Position numbers and translations under genes: made by a program. Below the pieces are notes generated by a model. That model worked only from the letters and a program-made list of their open reading frames with translations, was not told the origin of the DNA and did no database searches. A stretch of 64,000 nt of DNA from an uncultured Bacteroidaceae bacterium (lineage in GTDB: Bacteria > Bacillota > Clostridia > Christensenellales > CAG-917), in NCBI GenBank assembly GCA_964550635.1, contig CAZJZV010000002.1, positions 48,502 to 112,501 on the forward strand. The letters are read 5' to 3'. The first letter of the stretch is position 1, and each line of letters starts with the position of its first letter. Positions 34,890-48,064 of the stretch are shown piece after piece.

Positions 34890-35573
34890 TTAGCGAAGGC
34901 GGTTGGTGATTTTGATGATGGCGGGGGAGATGACCGCGCAGACGATGAATTCTATCACAAAGTTCAGGGATAGGACGGATACAAGGACGTATTCGTAGAC
35001 GTTTGAGTCCGTGAGAGTTGCGTAGGCGTCTGTGAAGAAAGCGAATACGCCGAGAATGAATAGCCCTGTGTTCACGATAGGGACGACGGCGGAAGATAGG
35101 ATAGCACCGATAAGGGTGTGTTTTTTGAACGCTTTCGAGATGAATCCGCAGATAAGTCCCGCAAGTCCTGTTTTGAGCAGGCACAAAAACACGGTTGCGA
35201 CCGGATTGAATACGAAGAAAAAGCCGAGAGTGGCGGGAGCGGTCAGGGTGATTATGCCATTCAAAATTCCGAGCAACATACCGCAGACTGCTCCATACGC
35301 GCACGCGCCTACAATAATAGGAATAAGGGCGAGATTGAGATTGACCTGTCCTGTTTGAACGTAATTGGAGATGAAGGACAACACGATTTCAAGGGCAACG
35401 AAAATCGCAATACCGGTGATTTTTCGGGATTTGGATTTTTTGTTTGAAGTCGAAACGCTTTCTTCGCACGGAAAAAACTCCTCTGCATTTGCAGTGGTTG
35501 TTTCTTCGACGCCTATTGAATCGTTTTCGTCGCCGTTGTGTATTGTTTTTTCGTCGTAATCTCGTTCGTTCAT
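34890..35573 (-). CDS. Polytopic membrane protein, ECF-transporter S-component-like (substrate unknown)
   Basis: Cytoplasmic acidic N-terminus followed by about 5-6 TM helices with small-residue-rich packing. The start is ambiguous: ATG 35573 versus TTG 35609. Confidence 0.5.
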   Translation of the reverse strand: MNERDYDEKTIHNGDENDSIGVEETTTANAEEFFPCEESVSTSNKKSKSRKITGIAIFVALEIVLSFISNYVQTGQVNLNLALIPIIVGACAYGAVCGMLLGILNGIITLTAPATLGFFFVFNPVATVFLCLLKTGLAGLICGFISKAFKKHTLIGAILSSAVVPIVNTGLFILGVFAFFTDAYATLTDSNVYEYVLVSVLSLNFVIEFIVCAVISPAIIKITNRLR

Positions 35574-35756
35574 GGGTATGATTGTAGACGATAACCGCCT
35601 TTCCGTCAAACGCTCCGTGTAGGTTTTTGCGTTTTGCGGGGTATATTTTCGTCCTATCGTGCGTAAAATAAGTTTTTTGGAGATTTTTTTCGGAATTTTT
35701 TAGGACTTTAGGATTTTCGGAGAGTATAATAAGTGAAAAGACTTAAGGACGGTAGT

Positions 35757-37538
35757 ATGGCGTTCGATTCAAAAGACGGAATCAATCAAAGTTTTCTCGA
35801 AGAACTCAAAAGCAGAAACGACATAGTTAGCACGATTTCGCAGTACGTTCCCCTCACAAAAAAGGGCGGGAAGTATTTCGGCTGCTGTCCTTTTCACAAC
35901 GAGAAAACAGGCTCGTTCTGCGTGAACACGGACGGGCAATATTATCATTGTTTCGGTTGCGGAGAGTCGGGCAACGTCATATCCTTCGTCATGGCGATAG
36001 AGTCGTTGAGTTTTATGGACGCGGTCAAATTCCTTGCGGACAGGGCGAATATGGAAATGCCCGAATTTCACGCAGACCCCAAGCACGCGGAAAAAAAAGA
36101 AAAGAGAGAAATCCTTCTCGGTCTTATGAGGGACGCGGCGGTGTATTATCGCTCAAATCTCACCCGTGAAGTAGAAGGAAAAGAGGCTAGAGAATATCTC
36201 TCGTCAAGGGGGATAAGCGAAGACGTCGCAAGACAGTACGGCATGGGACTTTCTCTCGGACACGACCAACTCTACGGCTATATGCGCAGAAAAGGCTATT
36301 CCACCGAAAATTTGCGTGATTGCGGACTCATCGTGGGTGAGAACAATATCGACGCATTCGCAGGGCGCATTATCGTGCCTATCATCGACGCTATGGGCAA
36401 CGTGGTTGCTTTCGGCGGGCGCATTTATCACGGCGAACAGGACGTCGCGAAATACAAAAATTCCACGAACACTTTCATCTTCGACAAGAGTAGAACACTC
36501 TACGGCGTGAACTATATCAAAAAGGAAAAACGCGCGGGAAACAGTTTTAAGGAACTCATCTTGGTGGAAGGATATATGGACGTCATATCTCTCGGCGCGG
36601 CGGGCATACGCAACGCGGTCGCGGGTATGGGTACGGCACTGACCGTCGGACAGGCAAACGAGATAAAACGCCTTGTGCCTACGGTGTACGTGTGCTACGA
36701 CGGCGATGGCGCGGGCAGAAAGGCTACGATAAGAAATATCGACGTTTTGCGCTCGGTCGGACTTGACGTGAAAGTGGTTTCTTTGAGCGACGGAATGGAC
36801 CCCGACGACACGATAAAGAAAGAAGGCTACGAAGGCTTTATGGCAAAAGTCGGGGAAGCACTGTCCGTCATCGAATACAAACTCAAACTGTGTGCAGAGG
36901 CTTATAATCTCGACTCGGTCGAGGGCAGAGGAAAGTACGTTACCGCTTGTTTGAAAGTGTTGAAAGAAATCGAAAGTCCGTCAGAAAGAGAAGTTTATCT
37001 GTCGGTTGTGTCGGGATTAAGTCGTGTTTCAGTCGAAACGCTTTCTTCTGAAATCGCAAAGGGCGCGACCGAAAAAGTGCAAAAACGCAAGGAAGTCGTC
37101 TCTCAAGACAAGGACTCGAAAAACGTGAAAGCGTCGAGATTCGTGCTCAACAAAATTCTGAACAGAGCTTCGTATGCAAACGTCGACCTTGTGAAAAAAG
37201 AATGGCTACAACACCCCCTTCATCAAGAGATTTTCGATAGGTTTGTTGAAAGCGGCGGGACTCTTCAAATATCCACTCTTTTCGACGACGACAAGGAACA
37301 AAACGAGATAAGCAAGATTGTAGGGGACAAGGTCGCCGCAATCGAAGGTACGGATGAAAAAGCGTATTTTGCGGATTGCCTACTTGCCCTTGCAAACGAC
37401 TATCTCTCCACAAAACTCGAAAAACTCAAAACCGAATATACGACCTTGACGTCCGACGAGGACAAAAGGAACAATATATCCGAAATCGCAACACTGCAAA
37501 AGAAACTCAAATCAAAAAACATAGAAGACAAAACGTAA
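35757..37538 (+). CDS. dnaG: DNA primase
   Basis: CHC2 zinc finger CPFHNEKTGSFCV...HCFGCG. TOPRIM EGYMDV...YDGDGAG. ATG 35757 after AAGGA is preferred over GTG 35733. Confidence 0.9.
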   Translation: MAFDSKDGINQSFLEELKSRNDIVSTISQYVPLTKKGGKYFGCCPFHNEKTGSFCVNTDGQYYHCFGCGESGNVISFVMAIESLSFMDAVKFLADRANMEMPEFHADPKHAEKKEKREILLGLMRDAAVYYRSNLTREVEGKEAREYLSSRGISEDVARQYGMGLSLGHDQLYGYMRRKGYSTENLRDCGLIVGENNIDAFAGRIIVPIIDAMGNVVAFGGRIYHGEQDVAKYKNSTNTFIFDKSRTLYGVNYIKKEKRAGNSFKELILVEGYMDVISLGAAGIRNAVAGMGTALTVGQANEIKRLVPTVYVCYDGDGAGRKATIRNIDVLRSVGLDVKVVSLSDGMDPDDTIKKEGYEGFMAKVGEALSVIEYKLKLCAEAYNLDSVEGRGKYVTACLKVLKEIESPSEREVYLSVVSGLSRVSVETLSSEIAKGATEKVQKRKEVVSQDKDSKNVKASRFVLNKILNRASYANVDLVKKEWLQHPLHQEIFDRFVESGGTLQISTLFDDDKEQNEISKIVGDKVAAIEGTDEKAYFADCLLALANDYLSTKLEKLKTEYTTLTSDEDKRNNISEIATLQKKLKSKNIEDKT

Positions 37539-37577
37539 ACGGCATTGCCGTATTTCCCGATGGGGACGGAGGTAATA

Positions 37578-38615
37578 ATGGATAGAGAACAAATCATCAA
37601 GGCGGAGATTGAAAAACTCGTCGCCCTTGCAAAAACCAAAAACATCACCGAAGACGACGTGATGGCTAAACTCGAACGCCACAACGCGACCGCAGAAGAA
37701 ATGGAAGTCGTGTTCAACGCTCTCAAAGAAGCGGGCATCGAATTTACCGACGAGCCGACTCCCGACGAACTCGACAGTATGATCGAAGGCAGTTCGGACG
37801 ACGCAGTCAAAATGTATCTCAAGGATATCGGCAAAGTGCCTCTTTTGTCCGCCGAAGAAGAAGTCGAACTCGCAAGACGTATGGAAGAAGGGGACGAAGA
37901 AGCAAAGAAAAAACTCTCCGAAGCAAACCTTCGCTTGGTCGTGTCTATCGCAAAGAGATACGTCGGCAGAAATATGCACTTCCTCGACCTCATTCAAGAA
38001 GGCAATCTCGGACTTATGAAAGCGGTCGACAAATTCGACTACACAAAGGGATTCAAATTCTCGACTTATGCGACTTGGTGGATTCGTCAATCCATAACTC
38101 GTGCAATCGCGGATCAAGCGCGCACGATAAGAATCCCCGTACATATGGTCGAAACCATCAACAAGCAAGTGAGAGCGACTCGTACTCTCTTGCAAAGACT
38201 GGGCAGAGAGCCTTCCCCCGAAGAAATCGCGGAATATCTCGGTTGCCCCGTCGAAAAGGTGCGTGAAATCCAAAAAATCGCACAAGACCCCGTATCCCTT
38301 GAAACCCCTATCGGCGAAGAAGAAGACAGTCATCTCGGCGATTTCATCGAAGACGACAAAGCGTTGTCCCCTATGGAAGTCGCAGAGAGCAATATGCTCC
38401 GCGAACAACTCATCCAAGTGCTCAACACTCTCACCCCGCGTGAAGAAAAGGTGCTTCGACTCCGCTACGGTCTTGACGACAGTCACCCCCGCACGCTCGA
38501 AGAAGTGGGCAAGGAATTCAACGTGACGAGAGAGCGTATTCGCCAAATCGAAGCGAAAGCGCTCCGCAAACTCCGTCACCCCAACAGACTCAAAAAACTC
38601 AAGGACTTCGACTGA
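37578..38615 (+). CDS. sigA: Primary RNA polymerase sigma factor
   Basis: [30 protein letters not shown] (regions 2.3-2.4) and [30 protein letters not shown] (4.2). ATG 37578 follows GGAGG. Confidence 0.95.
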   Translation: MDREQIIKAEIEKLVALAKTKNITEDDVMAKLERHNATAEEMEVVFNALKEAGIEFTDEPTPDELDSMIEGSSDDAVKMYLKDIGKVPLLSAEEEVELARRMEEGDEEAKKKLSEANLRLVVSIAKRYVGRNMHFLDLIQEGNLGLMKAVDKFDYTKGFKFSTYATWWIRQSITRAIADQARTIRIPVHMVETINKQVRATRTLLQRLGREPSPEEIAEYLGCPVEKVREIQKIAQDPVSLETPIGEEEDSHLGDFIEDDKALSPMEVAESNMLREQLIQVLNTLTPREEKVLRLRYGLDDSHPRTLEEVGKEFNVTRERIRQIEAKALRKLRHPNRLKKLKDFD

Positions 38616-39295
38616 TGCCGATACGACTTGACGAAAGATTGACAGCCGTCGTCCAACGTATACCGTATGGTAGCGTGGCGGACGTCGGTTGCGACCACGG
38701 AAAACTCGGCTACTACTTGGTGTCCACCGACCGCGCAAGCAACGTTATCGCCACCGATATAAGCGTCCCAAGCTTGAATAAGGCGAAAGAACTTGCCAAA
38801 GAAAACGGCGTTTCCCACCTTATCGAAACAAGGGCGGGGGACGGACTTGCACCCGTTGCGAGCGGTGAAGTCGATACCGTCGTTATCGCGGGACTCGGCG
38901 GGGACGTGATAGCCGATATTCTTATGCGCGCGCGTGAGCAGGGCAAGGAATTTGCCCATTTCGTGCTATCTCCCAACACTCATCCCGAAAAGGTGCGGGA
39001 CGAATTATCTCGTTGTTGCCACGTAATTACGTCAGACGGCTTGACCGAATGCGCAAATAAGTATTATACTATTATTTCGTCTGATAATACGCGCGCTCTC
39101 GCTACGCCCGTATGCGAGGAATTGGATCCTTATCAACGAGCGTACGGAAAGTTTTACGAGAAGGACGAAGTTTTCAAAAAGCGCGGGGAAGAAGAACTTG
39201 CGTGCATGAAAAATATCTTGTCCGTTCATCACTCGGATGAACTCGAAAGAAAAATCATTTTCTTATCGGAAGCACTCGAAAGGGTGAAAGGGTGA
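38615..39295 (+). CDS. trmK: tRNA (adenine22-N1)-methyltransferase TrmK-like
   Basis: SAM motif DVGCDHGKLG and VIAGLGGD. Positioned after sigA, as with Bacillus yqfN. Confidence 0.8.
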   Translation: MPIRLDERLTAVVQRIPYGSVADVGCDHGKLGYYLVSTDRASNVIATDISVPSLNKAKELAKENGVSHLIETRAGDGLAPVASGEVDTVVIAGLGGDVIADILMRAREQGKEFAHFVLSPNTHPEKVRDELSRCCHVITSDGLTECANKYYTIISSDNTRALATPVCEELDPYQRAYGKFYEKDEVFKKRGEEELACMKNILSVHHSDELERKIIFLSEALERVKG

Positions 39296-39298
39296 TAT

Positions 39299-40063
39299 AT
39301 GACCAAAAAACAAATCGTTGACCTCATCGAAAACGTTGCGCCGATTTCTCTTGCCGAAGAAAACGACAGAGAAAAAATCGGACTTCAAGTCGGCACGCTC
39401 AAAGGGGAGTGTACCGGCGTTTTGACTTGTCTTGACGTGACGGTGGACGCGGTGAAAAAAGCGGTGCGCAATCATTGCAATCTCATCGTCTCTCATCATC
39501 CGATGATTTACAATCCTATCGGAAGTATACCGACGGACGAGCCTGAAGGCGAGAGCATTGCCCTTGCACTGAAAAACGATATAGCGGTCTACTCCGCACA
39601 CACCAATTTCGACTCTTGCGAAGTCGGCACAAACGCAACTCTCGTCAGACTTTTCGGCGGAAAGATTTTGAAAACGGACGGTTGCCTGTTTGTTGCCGAA
39701 ATCGATAAAACGACTGTCGGTGAGTTTGCGAAAAAGGTCGCAAAGGTTATCAACGACAACAGTGTGAAACTCGTCGGAAATCACAACAAAAAAATCAAAA
39801 AGATATGCGTATGCTCGGGCGGCGGTGCGTCCTACCACGCGGTCGATTACGCAATCGAAAACGCGGATATATTCGTGGTCGGCGACGTCAGTCATCACGT
39901 ATATTTGTACGCGGACGAAAGAGATTTTCCGATTGTTGAGTATTCGCACTACGCAAGCGAGATTATCGCGGAAGATATTTTCGCGTCTCTTCTCAAAGAA
40001 ACGGGCGTGAAAATCGTGAAAGCAAATCAACACCGTCCTTTCAGGACGCTGGAGGAAATATGA
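39299..40063 (+). CDS. Nif3-like dinuclear metal centre protein
   Basis: NIF3/YqfO-like sequence (LIVSHHPMIY, GDVSHH) and conserved synteny. Confidence 0.85.
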   Translation: MTKKQIVDLIENVAPISLAEENDREKIGLQVGTLKGECTGVLTCLDVTVDAVKKAVRNHCNLIVSHHPMIYNPIGSIPTDEPEGESIALALKNDIAVYSAHTNFDSCEVGTNATLVRLFGGKILKTDGCLFVAEIDKTTVGEFAKKVAKVINDNSVKLVGNHNKKIKKICVCSGGGASYHAVDYAIENADIFVVGDVSHHVYLYADERDFPIVEYSHYASEIIAEDIFASLLKETGVKIVKANQHRPFRTLEEI

Positions 40064-40770
40064 AATTCGACAAACGTATCCTTGACTATCAAAGAATAGA
40101 CAACGAACTTATCGCTCTCGAAGGCGAAGTCACGAAGAGCAAAGAAAGACAAGCACTCGTCGCATCCAAAACCAAACTCGATGACGCGACTTCTCAAATC
40201 AACAAACTTTCGAGCGAAGCGAACGAAATTCTTGCGCAATACGCCGACTATCAAAGCAAAATCAAAGCACTCCAAGCAAAACTTGCGGAGTTCGACGGTA
40301 TCGTAGACGGCATTGAAGACGTTGCGGAAGCGGAATATTATATCAAACAAATCGACGGCATACTCTCTGAAATTTCCGCCATTGAAAAGGAAATCGCAAA
40401 GAGCGGCGTCCACGCGGATTCAATCAATCAAGAATTTGCAAAAACGTGGAATGCGGGTATGCACGCAAGCGAAGTTTTCAAGAAAGCGACCAAGGAATAT
40501 AACGACTTCATGGCGAAGTTGCAACCTGACGCGCAGAGAATAAAAGGCGAACTTGCCGCTCTTCAAAAGGAAATTCCCGAAGAGTTTTTGAAGATGTATA
40601 TCAATCTTCGCAATATGAAGAAAACTCCCGCGTTCGTCGAGTACGACAGACAAAACGCAAGTTGCGGTCGCTGCCGTATGGACGTCCCTAACGATACCAA
40701 AGAAAAACTCCGTGAAAGCGGTGATTGGGCGGAATGCCCAAACTGCCGCAGAATACTTTACATTCTGTGA
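40060..40770 (+). CDS. Coiled-coil plus C4 zinc-ribbon protein (COG1579-like)
   Basis: Long coiled coil and C-terminal CGRC...CPNC. This is the typical neighbour of nif3. Confidence 0.75.
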   Translation: MKFDKRILDYQRIDNELIALEGEVTKSKERQALVASKTKLDDATSQINKLSSEANEILAQYADYQSKIKALQAKLAEFDGIVDGIEDVAEAEYYIKQIDGILSEISAIEKEIAKSGVHADSINQEFAKTWNAGMHASEVFKKATKEYNDFMAKLQPDAQRIKGELAALQKEIPEEFLKMYINLRNMKKTPAFVEYDRQNASCGRCRMDVPNDTKEKLRESGDWAECPNCRRILYIL

Positions 40771-40777
40771 GAGGTAA

Positions 40778-43798
<3,021 letters not shown>

Positions 43799-43853
43799 TA
43801 AGACACATCAATATAGTACGACCGTTCGTATGGTCGACTGCAAAGGAGAATAT

Positions 43854-45794
43854 ATGATAATCACTCTAAAAGACGGAAACAAAATCGCGATCGACGGTAG
43901 CGCTACCGCATATGAAATCGCGAAGCAAATCGGCGAAAGACTGGCAAAGGCTGCACTCGTATGCAAAGTTGACGGTGTTTTGACCTCTATGAACGAAGTT
44001 ATCGACCACGATTGCAACTTCGAAATCCTCACTTGGAACGATGAAGAAGGCAAAAAGGCGTATCGTCATACCGCGTCCCATATCCTTGCGCAAGCGGTCA
44101 AGAATATCTATCCGACCGTTCAACTCGCAATCGGACCCGCTATCGACGACGGCTTCTACTACGACTTCGATTTCAAGACTCCCATAACTCAAGCGGATTT
44201 TGAGAAAATCGAAGCGGAAATGCGCTCTATCATCAAAGCAAACTTCCCCATCGAAAGAAAAGTCGTTTCGAGAAAGGAAGCGGAAACCGCAATCAAAAAG
44301 TCGAAACAAATATATAAACTCGAACTCCTGTCCGACATTCCCGAAGGGGAAGAAATCAGTTTCTACACTCAAGGAGACTTCGTCGACCTTTGCGCAGGTC
44401 CGCACCTTGCAAGCACGGGCAGAGTCAAGGAATTCAAACTCACCGCTCTCACCGGCGCATACTGGCGCGGTAGCGAAAAGAATAAGATGCTCACCCGCAT
44501 CTACGGCACCGCATTCGAGAAGAAAGCGGAACTCGACGAATATCTCAAACGCCTCGAAGAAGCAAAACTCCGCGATCACAACCGTTTGGGACGCGATCTC
44601 GAACTCTTTATGACGGATGAAAACGTCGGTCAAGGTCTCCCGCTCATGATGCCCAAGGGCGCAAGAATACTCCAAATTCTCCAACGTTTCGTCGAAGACG
44701 AAGAACAGAGAAGGGGTTATCTGCTCACCAAGACTCCTATTATGACCAAAAATAATTTGTTCATAATCTCGGGACACTGGGACCACTACAAAGACAAAAT
44801 GTTCTGGATGGGCGACGAGGACGTCGACGACGAAATCCTGTGCTTGAGACCTATGACTTGCCCCTTGCAATTCACGATCTACAAGAACGGTTTGAAATCC
44901 TATCGCGACCTTCCCGTCAGATATGCAGAAACCGCTATCGAATTCAGAAAAGAGGCAAGCGGTGAAATGCACGGACTCACTCGTATCCGTCAATTCACTC
45001 TCGCCGACGGTCATATCGTCTGCACTCCCGACCAACTCGAAAAGGAATTTGAAGGTTGCGTGGATCTCATCAGATATATCGCAGGCGTATTCGGACTCAG
45101 CGACGACATTTGGTTCCGTTTCTCCCGTTGGGACCCCAACGACGCGGATAAATACGTCGGCTCGAAAGAGGACTGGGAAAGAGTGGAAGGCACCATGAAA
45201 CAAATCCTTGACGACCTTGGCATTCAATATGAAGAAGCGTGGGGCGAAGCGGCTTTCTACGGACCTAAACTCGACGTTCAAGGCAAGAACGTTCACGGCA
45301 AAGAAGACACTCTCTTCACCGTTCAAATCGACTTCTCGCTTGCAAAGCGTTTCGATATGATTTATATCGACGAAAACGGCGAGAAACAAAATCCGCTCAT
45401 CATCCACCGTTCTTCTATCGGTTGCTACGAGCGCACTCTCGGTATGCTCATCGAGAAGTATAACGGCGCATTCCCGCTCTGGATGTCCCCCGAACAAGTT
45501 CGCGTACTCTCCCTTACGGACAGAACGATCGAACAAGCGAAGGAAGTCAGAGAGAAGTTGTTCGCACTCGGTATCCGCGCGGAAGCGGACGTCAGAAGCG
45601 AAAAACTCGGAAAGAAAATCCGCGAAGCGCAACTCGACAAAGTCAACTATATCGTCATCATCGGCGACAAGGAAGCGGAACAAGGCACGATTTCAGTGCG
45701 TCATCGCTCCTTGGGCGACCTTGGCAGTATGACCGTCGAAGACTTTGAACAAAGAGTCCTTCTCGAAACCGCAAAGAAACTTTTGGACAGATAA
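43854..45794 (+). CDS. thrS: Threonine--tRNA ligase
   Basis: TGS domain, editing domain, class II core (HRSSIGCYERTLGMLIE) and anticodon-binding domain. ATG 43854 follows AAAGGAG. Confidence 0.95.
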   Translation: MIITLKDGNKIAIDGSATAYEIAKQIGERLAKAALVCKVDGVLTSMNEVIDHDCNFEILTWNDEEGKKAYRHTASHILAQAVKNIYPTVQLAIGPAIDDGFYYDFDFKTPITQADFEKIEAEMRSIIKANFPIERKVVSRKEAETAIKKSKQIYKLELLSDIPEGEEISFYTQGDFVDLCAGPHLASTGRVKEFKLTALTGAYWRGSEKNKMLTRIYGTAFEKKAELDEYLKRLEEAKLRDHNRLGRDLELFMTDENVGQGLPLMMPKGARILQILQRFVEDEEQRRGYLLTKTPIMTKNNLFIISGHWDHYKDKMFWMGDEDVDDEILCLRPMTCPLQFTIYKNGLKSYRDLPVRYAETAIEFRKEASGEMHGLTRIRQFTLADGHIVCTPDQLEKEFEGCVDLIRYIAGVFGLSDDIWFRFSRWDPNDADKYVGSKEDWERVEGTMKQILDDLGIQYEEAWGEAAFYGPKLDVQGKNVHGKEDTLFTVQIDFSLAKRFDMIYIDENGEKQNPLIIHRSSIGCYERTLGMLIEKYNGAFPLWMSPEQVRVLSLTDRTIEQAKEVREKLFALGIRAEADVRSEKLGKKIREAQLDKVNYIVIIGDKEAEQGTISVRHRSLGDLGSMTVEDFEQRVLLETAKKLLDR

Positions 45795-45802
45795 ACTAAA
45801 TA

Positions 45803-45836
45803 AATATTGCCCCGCCTTTTCGGCGAGGCAATATTT
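45803..45836 (+). terminator. Probable terminator after thrS
   Basis: 13-bp interrupted stem AATATTGCCCCGCC/GGCGAGGCAATATT with a weak T tract. Confidence 0.5.
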
Positions 45837-45899
45837 CCCTTGCAATTCACTATAACGCAAAATCTGATTACGCACGAAACTATTTTATTAGGGGATTAT

Positions 45900-46901
45900 A
45901 TGCCATTACATATTATATTAAAAGATATAACAACAATAGAATGTGACGCAATCGTCAACGCCGCAAACAGCAGTTTGCTCGGCGGTGGCGGGGTGGACGG
46001 CGCAATTCACGCCGCCGCAGGTCGCGAACTTTACGAAGAATGCAAAACGCTCGGCGGTTGCAGAGTCGGGGAAGCTAAAATCACGAAAGGATACAAACTC
46101 CCCGCAAAATACGTCATCCATACCGTTGGTCCCATATGGCGCGGCGGCTACGGCAGAGAAAAAGAATTGCTCTCCGCCTGCTATCGCAATTCGCTCATGC
46201 TTGCAAAGGAATACGGTTGCGAAAGCATAGCGTTTCCGCTCATCTCGTCGGGTATCTACGGCTACCCGGACGACAAGGCAATGGAAGTCGTAATCGACGA
46301 AATCAAGAAGTTTTTGGACTCTAACGAAATGGACGTCTACATCGCATTGTTAAGCAAAAGAAAACTCAAAATCAGTCGCGAATTGATAGAGGACGTTTCC
46401 GATTATATAGACGAAAACTACGAGGACGAGAACAAGCAGTTTAAGCTTATCAATCTCATCGCAAGCAACTACGAAGGGAGTAGCACGATAAAACATAGTA
46501 GGCGCGCAGGGTATGCGAGCATAGCCTCCAATTTGTCCCTTGTCGATATGCTTTCAAAACTCGACGATACGTTTGCGGTAACCCTTATGAAACTCATCGA
46601 CGCAAAGGGTATGACGGACGTCGAGTGCTACAAAAAAGCAAACGTCAGCAAACAGACTTGGTATAAGATTATGAACGAAAAGGACTATAAACCGAGCAAA
46701 AACACGGTTTTATCCTTCGCTATTGCGCTCGAACTCAATCTCAAGGAAACGAAACACCTGCTCCAAACGGTAGGGTTTACCCTGTCGAAAAGCAACAAAT
46801 TCGACGTCATCATCGAGTATTTCATCGTCAACGAGAAATACGATATTCATCTCATCAACGAAACGTTGTTTGAATTTGATCAATCTTGCCTCGGTTTATA
46901 G
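45900..46901 (+). CDS. Macro domain (ADP-ribose-binding/hydrolase-like) fused to a C-terminal XRE-type HTH domain
   Basis: [27 protein letters not shown] macro signature. The C-terminus ([35 protein letters not shown]) is HTH-like. ATG 45900 is preferred over the track start at 45807. Confidence 0.8.
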   Translation: MPLHIILKDITTIECDAIVNAANSSLLGGGGVDGAIHAAAGRELYEECKTLGGCRVGEAKITKGYKLPAKYVIHTVGPIWRGGYGREKELLSACYRNSLMLAKEYGCESIAFPLISSGIYGYPDDKAMEVVIDEIKKFLDSNEMDVYIALLSKRKLKISRELIEDVSDYIDENYEDENKQFKLINLIASNYEGSSTIKHSRRAGYASIASNLSLVDMLSKLDDTFAVTLMKLIDAKGMTDVECYKKANVSKQTWYKIMNEKDYKPSKNTVLSFAIALELNLKETKHLLQTVGFTLSKSNKFDVIIEYFIVNEKYDIHLINETLFEFDQSCLGL

Positions 46902-46995
46902 AGTAAACCGTCGATTGACCTCAAATTAAATCCCGCGTTATATAATGTGGTCGTAAGGAAATCTTGCGACTACATTTTTTTAAAGGAGAATAACT

Positions 46996-47655
46996 ATGGG
47001 AAACAACGTAACTGAACTCGTATTCATCTTGGACAAAAGCGGGTCCATGGCAGGCGCGGAAAGCGACACTATCGGCGGTTTCAACGCGATGATAGATAAA
47101 CAAAAATCGGCAGAAGGAAAAGTGTACGTGAACACTGTATTCTTCTCGAATTTTACCGAACTCGTGCACGACAGAAAGTGTATCGAAGAAATCGAACCCT
47201 TGACCGAAAAGGACTATCGCGTGGGCGGATGCACCGCACTTTACGACGCAATCGGTAGCACTATCGAGCATATAAGCAATATCCACAAATACGCTCGTCC
47301 CGAAGACGTCCCCGAACGCGTAATGTTCGTCATCACCACCGACGGCTACGAAAACTCAAGTCGTAACTATCGCGCGGCTGAGGTCAAACGTATGATAAGC
47401 GAAAAGGAAGAAAAAGGCTGGGAGTTTTTGTTCTTGGCGGCAAACATCGACGCAGTCGAAACCGCAGAAACTATCGGCATCAAGAAAAACCGCGCAGTCA
47501 ACTACGGCGTCAAAGAAGACACCAATGCTCTCTATGAAGAAATCGGCGAAACCATTTGCACGTACACCCTGAACGACGGAATCCCCGCCAATTGGGCAAG
47601 AACTACGGAAGAAAGGTTGAGAAACAGAAGAGTCGAAAAACCCAGCATACTGTAA
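46996..47655 (+). CDS. von Willebrand factor A domain protein
   Basis: MIDAS DKSGSM ... T ... D (ITTDG). Has its own TTGACC-18-TATATA promoter upstream. Confidence 0.75.
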   Translation: MGNNVTELVFILDKSGSMAGAESDTIGGFNAMIDKQKSAEGKVYVNTVFFSNFTELVHDRKCIEEIEPLTEKDYRVGGCTALYDAIGSTIEHISNIHKYARPEDVPERVMFVITTDGYENSSRNYRAAEVKRMISEKEEKGWEFLFLAANIDAVETAETIGIKKNRAVNYGVKEDTNALYEEIGETICTYTLNDGIPANWARTTEERLRNRRVEKPSIL

Positions 47656-47780
47656 TCGCCGTCAATTCAGGCAAAAAATTCCGCGGTCGAACGCTTTGTT
47701 GTGAAGGTTTTTTGCACTTGTAGTAGGGGAGCAAAAAGCACCGCGACTGTGGGATTTTTTGTATAAACAGGGGAAAGGGA

Positions 47781-47808
47781 AAAAGCACTGCAAGGGCAGT
47801 GCTTTTTC
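47781..47808. terminator. Bidirectional hairpin
   Basis: AAAAAGCACTGC-aagg-GCAGTGCTTTTT. Confidence 0.7.
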
Positions 47809-47921
47809 AGTGATATATGCGACTTTGTCGCATATGATATATTGCTTGCGCAATATGATATACTTGCTTTGCAAGCATGATATATGCAGACGACGGTCGC
47901 TAGTCGCGACACCGTCTGCAT
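47809..47921. repeat. Array of four ATAT-bounded hairpins with different stems, separated by the word (A)TGATATAT
   Basis: TGATATAT/C at 47811, 47835, 47856 and 47878. Hairpins are ATATGCGAC/GTCGCATAT, ATATTGC/GCAATAT, CTTGC/GCAAG and ATATGCAGACG.../...CGTCTGCATAT. Confidence 0.85.
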
Positions 47922-48064
47922 ATTGTGGATAAAGTGCGTATTTTTGCTCCGTCCCCAAGCCGCACTTTTTGCATAAAAGCGGGGGAGTTCCGGGGAAAAC
48001 GTGGTATAATCTCTATATAATTAAAGAAAAGTGAAAAAAATTTTATGCAATTATGCAAAAACGA

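Noticed and set aside
43799-43853. A T-box leader upstream of thrS.
   Set aside because: Only about 55 nt separate the lacZ-like stop from the thrS start. That is too short for a T-box, and no specifier or T-box sequence is visible.
47924-47932. A perfect DnaA box TGTGGATAA, with DnaA-box-like GGATAG/GGATAA words in the 20-bp array, as evidence for a replication origin.
   Set aside because: It is a single perfect 9-mer, which is expected by chance in a window of this size. There is no cluster of consensus boxes, no adjacent dnaA/dnaN, and no switch of gene-strand bias.
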